The notes beneath the pieces were generated by a model that was given only the letters and a program-made list of their open reading frames with translations, was not told the DNA's origin and made no database searches. The position numbers and the translations under genes were made by a program. This document shows positions 51,635 through 59,454 of a stretch of 64,000 bases of DNA, in pieces (position 1 is the first letter of the stretch; every line of letters begins with the position of its first letter). Source of the stretch: Clostridia bacterium (lineage in GTDB: Bacteria; Bacillota; Clostridia; HGM11514); the NCBI GenBank assembly GCA_045586685.1, contig JAZNAU010000032.1, positions 1 through 64,000 on the forward strand. The letters run 5' to 3'.

Positions 51635-53087
51635 TTGATTTTCTTTTTTTGTTTCTCCGCACAAAGAAAGCCCGGTTGGTTATCAAAAAAGGCACTTCTT
51701 CCTTTAATTTTTGATGTTCCAATGACGGCATGATTCCGTAAAGTTCAAAATACACAAAATCATACAGTCTTTTCCTGCTAAGGAAAGGCTTGTATTCGTT
51801 TCTTTTCCGGAACTGTTCATGATACCTTCTCATGGTTATCTTCCAAGCGTACTGATGTTGTTTTTCCATTATCTTTCGGATGGAAGTGACTTTGGACAGG
51901 TCTTCTTCTATATGGAAGAAGAATTTCACTCTCGGATGCCGTTCTATCATGTTCCGGATATACTTCCTTGCGTTGAAGTGCTTGAGCATACCGAGATAAG
52001 AGTTTATCCTGCTTACATAATCCTCTATCTTGTGGGTGTGCTTCATATAGTCGGGAAGCTCGTCAATATCCCGTAATACCCGACGGAACCCGCCACGAAT
52101 TCTTTTTCCTGGTAATAACGCCTTTCCCTTGATGATTGCACCCAAGAACGGGATTCCCTGTTTGTAATGCAACACCCTAATCTTGTCGGGATGGAGTACA
52201 AGACCCATTGATTTGAGGAATTCCTTTAACACCTTTACGATGTTCAGAAGAAATTCCTTGCTCTCATGAACGATGTAGAAATCATCCACATATCTGCCAT
52301 AGAATCTTAACATGCTCTTGCAGAAATGGTCGAAAGGAGAGAGGTAGAAGTTACCGAGCATCTGTGAAGGCAATGCACCGATGGTAAGACCTTTCTTGTT
52401 GACATCCATATCCGCTGTATATTCACCGTCATAATCGCATGGTTTGGGTGCTCCGCAACACGAGAATACGGATTTGTTGTCAGGGAGCTCCCTCCATAAT
52501 TTCCTGTTTCCACGAATCACTACATTGTTCAGCGGTGAATTGAACAGGAACACATGAAGCTGCCATAGCAACTTTTCCTTGTCATTATTGTGGTACTTTT
52601 CTTCCACGAACGCTTTCAGTTTCTCCCAAAGATTTCCACGGACTATACTCATGAAATAACCTTTGATGTCACCAAGAAGGATATAACAATCCTTTGTGAA
52701 ATTGGCGGAGCATTGGGCAATGAACCTCTGCAATCGTTTGATACCGAAAAGGGTTCCCTTCCCCTTACGGCAGGAATAGCAGTCGTATATGAATTCCTTT
52801 TCAAAGAGAGGTTCCAACTTTTCAGATACGAAATGCTGGTCCACACGGTCCTTGAAATCCGGTGCGAAAATTTCACGAAGTACGGGTTTTGTAATAAGAA
52901 AGGTACGTGCCGGTAATGGGGCGTATGTTTCTGTTAGCAGTTCATTCCTCAGTTTTGGTAGAGCGGTCGTTATATGGAATGAAAATTCCTGTTCCTGTAG
53001 GGTGTTGCGTTTCCGCTTCCTGCAAGAACAATATCCATGATACAGTTCACCCATATCAACATCTGACTTCCGGATAGATTTAGCCAT
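51570..53087 (-). CDS. DGR reverse transcriptase
   Basis: KPVLREIFAPDFKDRV, YSCRKGKGT, DIKGYF, GLTIG..SQ..GNFYL, RYVDDF; next to TR and avd. Confidence 0.95.
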   Translation of the reverse strand: MAKSIRKSDVDMGELYHGYCSCRKRKRNTLQEQEFSFHITTALPKLRNELLTETYAPLPARTFLITKPVLREIFAPDFKDRVDQHFVSEKLEPLFEKEFIYDCYSCRKGKGTLFGIKRLQRFIAQCSANFTKDCYILLGDIKGYFMSIVRGNLWEKLKAFVEEKYHNNDKEKLLWQLHVFLFNSPLNNVVIRGNRKLWRELPDNKSVFSCCGAPKPCDYDGEYTADMDVNKKGLTIGALPSQMLGNFYLSPFDHFCKSMLRFYGRYVDDFYIVHESKEFLLNIVKVLKEFLKSMGLVLHPDKIRVLHYKQGIPFLGAIIKGKALLPGKRIRGGFRRVLRDIDELPDYMKHTHKIEDYVSRINSYLGMLKHFNARKYIRNMIERHPRVKFFFHIEEDLSKVTSIRKIMEKQHQYAWKITMRRYHEQFRKRNEYKPFLSRKRLYDFVYFELYGIMPSLEHQKLKEEVPFLITNRAFFVRRNKKRKSNGTSILFQTGIDGFYGAAPPG

Positions 53088-53111
53088 ATTGTCATTGATA
53101 GTATCTCCATA

Positions 53112-53236
53112 TCCCGCACGAACCGAACCCGATTGTTGTTGTTCTTATTGTTGTTGTTCACGTTGCCATTGTTGAAGTTCACGTTCCAGCCGTTGTTGGA
53201 AGAGTACTCTGAACTACTCCAATAGTTGTTGGACGC
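53112..53236 (-). repeat. DGR template repeat (TR)
   Basis: 125 bp rich in AAC codons; identical to VR except at 21 adenines. Confidence 0.97.
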
Positions 53237-53361
53237 CAACCTTATCCTTTTATCCCGTGGGAAGGCTTCTTCCCAATCGTCTGTTAACCGGTCATCAGAC
53301 CGGTAGATAAGCGACATAAAGATACTAATTATCTTATTATTTACCTTTCGCTCTTTACCAG

Positions 53362-53733
53362 TTACCCTTCTGTAACCGGCACTTTAGCGGTCTTGTTTCT
53401 GAATCCGTTAATTTGTCTCTCTACGGAATCCAGTCTTTCCAATATGGCAGGGAAATCCTTATGCTGGAATAGTCCGAGTTGATGAGCTACATCCACCAAT
53501 GTTTTCAACTCCGTCAGGTGTTCCATGAATACATCGAAAAAAGCCATTTTCTTTTCATAAATATCTTCTGTATATATATGGTAAAAATCCATAGGTAGAT
53601 GGAGTGCTGAAGATGTGATTCTTTCACCGAAAGTATATCGGTACTGGCGTGATGTCTTACCCATTGCTCTTTCTATCTCTGCTGTCAGTTCCACGGTCTG
53701 ACGGTATAGAGGAAGTGAATTATATTGTCCCAT
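53362..53733 (-). CDS. avd: DGR accessory variability determinant (four-helix bundle)
   Basis: LPLYR...RQYRYTFGERI...VERQINGF; located upstream of TR. Confidence 0.85.
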   Translation of the reverse strand: MGQYNSLPLYRQTVELTAEIERAMGKTSRQYRYTFGERITSSALHLPMDFYHIYTEDIYEKKMAFFDVFMEHLTELKTLVDVAHQLGLFQHKDFPAILERLDSVERQINGFRNKTAKVPVTEG

Positions 53734-53734
53734 A

Positions 53735-54208
53735 TCATTTCAACATATTCTGCCAATCGTTAATAAGCGTAATTGCTGCAACTGGTGTGAGTGTACCCAA
53801 ATTCAGTTTCTTTAGCTGTTCGATAACTTCCTTTTCCCTATTGTTATTGGAAACGGTTATCACTTCATTCTTTCTCTTTCCTCCGCTTTTTTTGATGACA
53901 TGGACATTCGTAATATCTTCAAGAGTTGTTTTTATTTCGTCACATTCAATCTCGATGTATTTTTTGAATTCTCCATTTTCATCTTTCAATGTAATGTTTT
54001 CAAGCATGGACGAATTCTGAACGATACCGATACGGAGATACCAATCTCCGTTTTTCAGTTCATGTTTGAGAAAAACGACACTGCCGTTTATAAAATGACT
54101 GAAGCGTACAGCGGAATGGTTGTACGCTACATAGAAGATACCTTCTCTATAAAGTCGGATGATCTTTTCACCCGACTTTTCTAATGCTAATTTTTCTTTG
54201 ACTTCCAT
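53735..54208 (-). CDS. MutS-like (MSL) DGR accessory protein
   Basis: IRLYREGIFYVAYNHSA resembles MutS domain I; LNLGTLTPVAAITLI resembles the MutS C-terminal helix. Confidence 0.7.
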   Translation of the reverse strand: MEVKEKLALEKSGEKIIRLYREGIFYVAYNHSAVRFSHFINGSVVFLKHELKNGDWYLRIGIVQNSSMLENITLKDENGEFKKYIEIECDEIKTTLEDITNVHVIKKSGGKRKNEVITVSNNNREKEVIEQLKKLNLGTLTPVAAITLINDWQNMLK

Positions 54209-54269
54209 TGTTTTTTGCTGTTTGACAGCCTATATTTATTTTCTGACAATCATATTGCTTTTCTGACGA

Positions 54270-54293
54270 ACCCTGCCCCGAAAAGGGCAGGGT
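54270..54293. other. GC-rich hairpin downstream of VR (DGR target-recognition hairpin and/or terminator)
   Basis: ACCCTGCCC-CGAAAA-GGGCAGGGT, 21 bp past the target stop codon. Confidence 0.7.
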
Positions 54294-54314
54294 ATTTATA
54301 AAGAAACTAAAGAT

Positions 54315-56432
54315 TTAAAAGTCCCGCACGAACCGAACCCGATTGGTGTCGAGCTTACAGTAGCCGTCCACGCGGCCACTGCCGAAGCTCACGCGCCAGC
54401 CGTCGTCGGAAGAGTACTCTGAACTACTCCAATAGTAGTTGGACGCTATTGTCTGACCTCCAATGGCAGTGAGAGCAGTGTTGATGGCAGTCATGTTAAG
54501 GAACATTAGGGAAAGCTGACCACACGCAGGGATGTACCAGTCTGTGTAACCTCCATTTTCTTCATTGTTAGCATCATTGAATTTATTCAGGAGGATACCC
54601 ATTGGTGCATAACTCTTGTTGCTGCTTGTACCATTGGTAGTAATTGTTTTTATGACATCAGAATTTGCCTTGCCATTAAAGTCTGACAATGCTCCGCTTG
54701 TCCATGTTGTGTAGTCCCCGGAAAGGTTTGGTGTAGAACTATAGCTACCATTAGCCTGTGGCAAGTAACCATAAGAATTAGAAGCATCTGCTTTATTATA
54801 TGTTGGAATACCGGTCTGGTCTGTGCCGTAACCGCCCCAATAAAGATAAGTGTAACCAGTATTTGTTGCACCGAATTCATTGTAAGCAGCCTTATATGTC
54901 TCTGTATTCTTCGTCTCGTTCTTTTCAATCCAGAACTTATGTTCACCGACAACCAATGCCACTGCAATGCACGATTCATCAGCATTGGCAACATCAATCA
55001 ACGCTCCTGAAGATGAAACTGCGTAAACTCCTGCTGTCGCAACTACCGGAATATCTTCTACACCGTCAAATGTTACAGTATAAGCTGTTGTTTGATTTTT
55101 GATTGTGATTGTTCTGACACCAGTCTCACTGTTCAATGATTGGGTCATTGTTGCAGAACCGCTACCGCTAACTTCTTTTACTCGTTTTCCTTCAACAGTA
55201 GGGGTAGCAGTGATTGTTACCGTACCGTCTGCCGCTACGGATTTAGTTACGGTCATACCGGATTGGTCACCAGCTAATACGAGTTGGTAACTTGTACCTG
55301 CAAAGTTTACGGTTACGTTGGACTGAAGGCTACTTACTGTAACTGTTCGGATTCCGCTTGTTGCATCGATGGATTGTGAAACGGTTGCAGTACCTTCATA
55401 GCTGACTTCATTTACGGGTTTGCCATAGACGAATGGCACAGCTTTGATCGTTAATGTTGTACCGCTGACAGTATTGGCCAAAGCTATATCTGTAAGGTTT
55501 CCGGCAATGGTCACTTTATATCCGAGATCAATTACCGGATTACCTGATTCGTTGTAACCCCAATCGCCTACGGTTACACCTGACAATTCAAGGCTTGTTG
55601 AATTGACGGTAACAGTGTATTTATAGATATTGCTTTTGGATAGTGTCAGGGCATCGGTCGTAACGGAATATGTCTTTCCATCAATAACTACTTTCAGAGT
55701 CAGAGCTGCGTTTGTTCCTGTTGGAACCACAATAACATCGGCATTCTGTTCGGTTGTTGTAAGCGAAATGCCTTTGGTCACAGATATTTCATTTCCACTG
55801 CCGGTAAAATTACTGAGTGTCCCGGTCTTGGAATTCATGGTAGCTCCTGTAGCTGCAGCTGTACTTGTTACGGATACGGAAGTAACTGTACCTGTTCCTG
55901 TATATGTTCCTTTCTTCAAGGCGAAACGGATGGCAGAAAGAGCATGATTCATGGTTATATCCACTTCTGATTCCGCATCATATACACCGGTTACTTCTGT
56001 AGCATACATATAGTCAGTCTGTGTGCCAGTTTCAACCGGAACTGCTGTAATGTCGGTTACGCTTGAAGAGTATGGATAATATGCATATACATTACCCGGA
56101 GTGGCTGAAAGTAGGATATTACTGCTCCCTGTCCAAGTCTGAGAGGTTGTACCATCAGCTGTAAACTTGATGTTAGAATAAGTCTTCCCGTCATAATCGT
56201 TGCCGTCAGAGGCAAGTAAGGTTACCCCTATTTCGCTGTTGTCCGGTAAGTAGGTTTCTTCAATCAATGCCCTCGAAGCCGTAATTGCGGATGTATTGAC
56301 ATTGAGTTTCAACTGGTTTTGGGAACTGGTCAGTTCATTCAACTGTCCCTCCTGGTCTGAAGTGCAAGCCGTAAAAGTATAATTCACGACAGTCATTGCC
56401 ATAATAAAGGCATAGAAAAATAACTTTCTCAT
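54315..56432 (-). CDS. DGR target: fimbrillin lipoprotein with two Ig-like repeats and C-terminal CLec/DUF1566 variable domain
   Basis: lipobox FTAC, SR, AYYPY, TDYMY, MNHALS; two ~75-aa repeats; DWYIPACGQL, YWSSSE, VRFVRDF containing the VR. Confidence 0.92.
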   Translation of the reverse strand: MRKLFFYAFIMAMTVVNYTFTACTSDQEGQLNELTSSQNQLKLNVNTSAITASRALIEETYLPDNSEIGVTLLASDGNDYDGKTYSNIKFTADGTTSQTWTGSSNILLSATPGNVYAYYPYSSSVTDITAVPVETGTQTDYMYATEVTGVYDAESEVDITMNHALSAIRFALKKGTYTGTGTVTSVSVTSTAAATGATMNSKTGTLSNFTGSGNEISVTKGISLTTTEQNADVIVVPTGTNAALTLKVVIDGKTYSVTTDALTLSKSNIYKYTVTVNSTSLELSGVTVGDWGYNESGNPVIDLGYKVTIAGNLTDIALANTVSGTTLTIKAVPFVYGKPVNEVSYEGTATVSQSIDATSGIRTVTVSSLQSNVTVNFAGTSYQLVLAGDQSGMTVTKSVAADGTVTITATPTVEGKRVKEVSGSGSATMTQSLNSETGVRTITIKNQTTAYTVTFDGVEDIPVVATAGVYAVSSSGALIDVANADESCIAVALVVGEHKFWIEKNETKNTETYKAAYNEFGATNTGYTYLYWGGYGTDQTGIPTYNKADASNSYGYLPQANGSYSSTPNLSGDYTTWTSGALSDFNGKANSDVIKTITTNGTSSNKSYAPMGILLNKFNDANNEENGGYTDWYIPACGQLSLMFLNMTAINTALTAIGGQTIASNYYWSSSEYSSDDGWRVSFGSGRVDGYCKLDTNRVRFVRDF
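54322..54446 (-). repeat. DGR variable repeat (VR)
   Basis: versus TR: 13 A>G, 4 A>C, 4 A>T, no other differences. Confidence 0.97.
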
Positions 56433-56466
56433 CTTACATAATTTTAATTGATTAAAATAATTTGTC

Positions 56467-56552
56467 GCAAATTAAATGTGGCGTGTTATCAAAAAACTCA
56501 CTTCTGGTAAAAAGGTGCAAAAAAAGTCCCGTGATTCACATCACAGGACTTT
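56467..56552 (-). promoter_or_regulatory. family-1 motif plus hairpin (copy E) upstream of the DGR target
   Basis: same module as at 16747 and 39357. Confidence 0.8.
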
Positions 56553-56562
56553 CATTCTCTTA

Positions 56563-56820
56563 TCATCTATATTGTTGCAATTCATCTTGTATGCTTAAAA
56601 TTGATTTTATGGCGTTTCTCAAATGCTCGTTCTCTTTTTTCAGTTGGTTCCTTTCTTCCATCATTTCCTTATAAAGTTTCACGATTCTTGAGTATCCTTT
56701 ACATACAGCCAACATGGCCTTTGAAGCTTGCTTATATCCGGTTTCTCTGATGGCAGTCTGTATAGCCTCCCTATCATCATCTGTAAGATTTCGTATAAGG
56801 ACATTCTTTATCTGTAACAT
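56563..56820 (-). CDS. hypothetical protein (possible RHH plus coiled coil)
   Basis: VLIRNLTDDD...; coiled coil. Confidence 0.55.
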   Translation of the reverse strand: MLQIKNVLIRNLTDDDREAIQTAIRETGYKQASKAMLAVCKGYSRIVKLYKEMMEERNQLKKENEHLRNAIKSILSIQDELQQYR

Positions 56821-56830
56821 GACTTCTTCC

Positions 56831-57331
56831 CTATTGTTGTTCTGATAACAAATGACATAATTCTTTGGATTCCTTCCATGTGTTTGGCTTTATTGATAAC
56901 AAAGTTTCCAATTCTTTTCTTGTCAAGTTCCGGCATATCTTCTGGCAAATACGCTGTATATTCTTTTCCTCTTCAAGAGAACGGGTTGGTTCCGTTCCTT
57001 CTGTGATGACAGCCCATAATTGAAAGGATTCATCTTCAAAACATTTGTCCTTCTTACCGGACTTATATTCCTTTATAGCCCAGCCAACCGTGAATAACGT
57101 CATTATCAATGATATAATGACATATTTCAAATCTCCGTTCTCTATCAATCCATTATAAATCCAAACTCCTGTCGAGATTATGGCCACAATAGTTCCAATA
57201 GGAATAATGACCATCCATCCGTCCAGTTTTTTATTTATTATCACAGAACCGGCTGACAACATTACGATACCCAGACTTCCGTAAAAAGCCCCTTTAATTA
57301 CATCCAAAAAAGTTATAGCATCCATAATCAA
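56831..57331 (-). CDS. membrane protein
   Basis: three TM segments. Confidence 0.6.
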   Translation of the reverse strand: MIMDAITFLDVIKGAFYGSLGIVMLSAGSVIINKKLDGWMVIIPIGTIVAIISTGVWIYNGLIENGDLKYVIISLIMTLFTVGWAIKEYKSGKKDKCFEDESFQLWAVITEGTEPTRSLEEEKNIQRICQKICRNLTRKELETLLSIKPNTWKESKELCHLLSEQQ

Positions 57332-57350
57332 ATGTTATTAGAAACAGACC

Positions 57351-57494
57351 TTATTCATTTTTTGGAATATCACCACGTCTGCGGTGATATTCGTCCAACA
57401 TCTCCTTGTTCCGCTTGTATATACCCCATCCTCTCGCTGCGAGTATACCTCCTATCAAAGCTAACACTAATGGTAAAAATTTGATCAATTCCAT
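57351..57494 (-). CDS. small single-TM protein (47 aa)
   Basis: MELIKFLPLVLALIGGILAARGWG..., below the ORF-track cutoff. Confidence 0.45.
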   Translation of the reverse strand: MELIKFLPLVLALIGGILAARGWGIYKRNKEMLDEYHRRRGDIPKNE

Positions 57495-57519
57495 ATTATT
57501 ATAAATATTACGTTTATAG

Positions 57520-57591
57520 TACTCCGAAGGGGAATCGAACCCCTATTGAGCGTTTAGGAAACGCTTGTTCTATCCGTTGAACTATCGGAGC
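57520..57591 (-). tRNA. tRNA-Arg(CCT)
   Basis: GCTCCGA acceptor, D arm GTTCAACGGATAGAAC, anticodon arm AGCGT-TTCCTAA-ACGCT, GGTTCGATTCC; CCA not encoded. Confidence 0.92.
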
Positions 57592-57603
57592 TTAAATTTA
57601 AAC

Positions 57604-57903
57604 TTATTTTATAGAGTTTTTGATATTATATAATGAATTATTCTCATCATTCGTTTTCCTGTACTTTATGATTTCTTCCGGTGAGATGTTCAGTTCTTCC
57701 AGGATGGAAGACATCAGTTCTTTCTTGAAGAAATGCTTGTCCTCGTCCGAATATGTAAAGGTATTGTCAACACCCATGTGTATAAGCATAAGCACCGCCT
57801 GTCCCAACCATATTTGGGTATCCCCGTTCATTTCAGGCATTTTAATGATGCTTTTTGAAATTTCTTCCTTTCGTTTTTTCTTTATGGTCAATGATTTATC
57901 CAT
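57604..57903 (-). CDS. hypothetical protein
   Basis: ORF in minus-strand operon. Confidence 0.55.
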   Translation of the reverse strand: MDKSLTIKKKRKEEISKSIIKMPEMNGDTQIWLGQAVLMLIHMGVDNTFTYSDEDKHFFKKELMSSILEELNISPEEIIKYRKTNDENNSLYNIKNSIK

Positions 57904-57949
57904 GATGTCAATGAATATTTTTGAGAATACAATTCGAAAAGACTAAATC

Positions 57950-58303
57950 TTATTTTATTTTATGGTCTAATTGATGATTGTTATCCAATGACAATTCATC
58001 ATTTATCTTTTCAACAACAGTCATCAATCCGTCCACAGTTGCAACGGAACACTCGTAAAGAGTTTTTCGTGGGCCTTCGAAATAAAGATGTATGTCAATT
58101 CTTTTCAACCCCTTGAAATGAATTTTACGTTCCTCCCCGCAAATCTGTGTTGGTACACTTATAGGTTTCTTGAAACGACTGAAACCTTTTTCTTCCATTT
58201 TGCTGAGTTCAGCAATAATATCATCTTTCAGATTATTGTATTTTTGTGTCAACGAGTTTTTTGATTGTCTTGCCAATCTCTTTATTTCTTTTCCAGTTTC
58301 CAT
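57950..58303 (-). CDS. hypothetical protein
   Basis: ORF in minus-strand operon. Confidence 0.55.
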   Translation of the reverse strand: METGKEIKRLARQSKNSLTQKYNNLKDDIIAELSKMEEKGFSRFKKPISVPTQICGEERKIHFKGLKRIDIHLYFEGPRKTLYECSVATVDGLMTVVEKINDELSLDNNHQLDHKIK

Positions 58304-58323
58304 TGTTTCTTAATTTAATTATA

Positions 58324-58686
58324 CTATTTTAGTTGAATTTTCTTCCAAATGTCTTTAAATTGAGTTACCGCATATTGCACTAACTCTGGTGACTTCAACT
58401 GAAGACGACTTCCGTGTCCACCCACAGCACTATGCAGACCATATTTTGTGCCGAACCAAGTGAATTCTCCTGTAACCATGTAGAACCAGGGATAATACTT
58501 TCTTCCATCATTGTCCCAGTTTGGTTTCCAACCTTCATTAAGAGCTTCGATGATAACATACATCTTATACAAAGCCTCGAAGTGCTCTTGCATATCTTCA
58601 GGAAAGATGGAAAAGTCCGGTGTTTCTGTCCGTCCTGTTGCAGCTTGAGCGTCTTCAAACGTTTTTATTCTGTCTCTGATATCCAT
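58324..58686 (-). CDS. hypothetical protein of a Bacteroides phage/MGE-type family
   Basis: IKTFEDA...ALNEGWKPNW...KYYPWF...GSRL. Confidence 0.65.
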   Translation of the reverse strand: MDIRDRIKTFEDAQAATGRTETPDFSIFPEDMQEHFEALYKMYVIIEALNEGWKPNWDNDGRKYYPWFYMVTGEFTWFGTKYGLHSAVGGHGSRLQLKSPELVQYAVTQFKDIWKKIQLK

Positions 58687-58726
58687 AATTTACTAATTAA
58701 TCATTTTTAGGTGACATGTATGAAAT

Positions 58727-58963
58727 TTAATCCGGAAGTTTCACCTTTTCCGATTCTTCTTTTTGGAATGCACGGAAATCCGGAATGACATTTCCTTCAA
58801 GGTCTTTAATGAACTCGCTTCTACACCCCAAACTGCGGGCTTCAGCTGCATAAGCCATAAGTGCAGTCATTGCACAGGCATCCGTACCTGTAAGGACGAA
58901 TACCGGTATTTCATTTTCAACGCATCGGTTGAGCAGTTTTCTTTGGTCTTTTGTTGCTGCCAT
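58727..58963 (-). CDS. hypothetical protein
   Basis: IPVFVL...D...AL.AY, ends KLPD. Confidence 0.6.
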   Translation of the reverse strand: MAATKDQRKLLNRCVENEIPVFVLTGTDACAMTALMAYAAEARSLGCRSEFIKDLEGNVIPDFRAFQKEESEKVKLPD

Positions 58964-58972
58964 ATTACAATA

Positions 58973-59143
58973 CTAATTATGTCCAACATTAGGGAAGTTG
59001 TTATTCCTCTGTCCCTTCAATTCTGCTATGATATGTTCCAAACGCTCATATTCAAGTCTTCCACTTTCATAGCTTGTATCAATGCAATCCCTACAGAATT
59101 CCATTCTCCTGATTTTTTCTTCCAATGTTTCCTTCATGGTCAT
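58973..59143 (-). CDS. small hypothetical protein
   Basis: probable start MTMKETL coupled to the upstream stop. Confidence 0.45.
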   Translation of the reverse strand: MTMKETLEEKIRRMEFCRDCIDTSYESGRLEYERLEHIIAELKGQRNNNFPNVGHN

Positions 59144-59337
59144 TATGGTATAAGTTTCATTTGGTTTTCCGGAACTCCGATCATTGTCCAGTTCTTTCCG
59201 TCCTTCCCTTTGTAATCTACGGAATATTCTCTCTCGAATGTACACAAGTTGTAATCCCAATCCTTAACTGTACCGGTTATCACTTTGCCCCTGCATTTTA
59301 CAGTAACCTTCTGTCCTTTGCTGAATAATGGTTTCAT
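59143..59337 (-). CDS. small SH3/KOW-like hypothetical protein
   Basis: FSKGQKVTV...GTV..; first gene after the family-2 promoter at 59366-59398. Confidence 0.6.
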   Translation of the reverse strand: MKPLFSKGQKVTVKCRGKVITGTVKDWDYNLCTFEREYSVDYKGKDGKNWTMIGVPENQMKLIP

Positions 59338-59454
59338 ATAATTTCATTTCTTTATTATCACAGCACAAAGGTATATATAATAAACGATACTACCAAATAA
59401 TAATATATAAATAATTAAATAAAGATAAAAATAAAAGTGTATATATCTATATAA

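Noticed and set aside
51570-53087. RT as group II intron, retron or Abi RT
   Set aside because: The TR/VR pair with adenine-only differences plus avd identifies a DGR
52970-53317. 115-aa Asn-rich ORF as a protein gene
   Set aside because: It is the TR read in the target frame; it overlaps the RT start and the RNA hairpins
57520-57591. tRNA as an ICE attachment site
   Set aside because: No integrase or att duplicate, and plasmid-type genes continue on both sides
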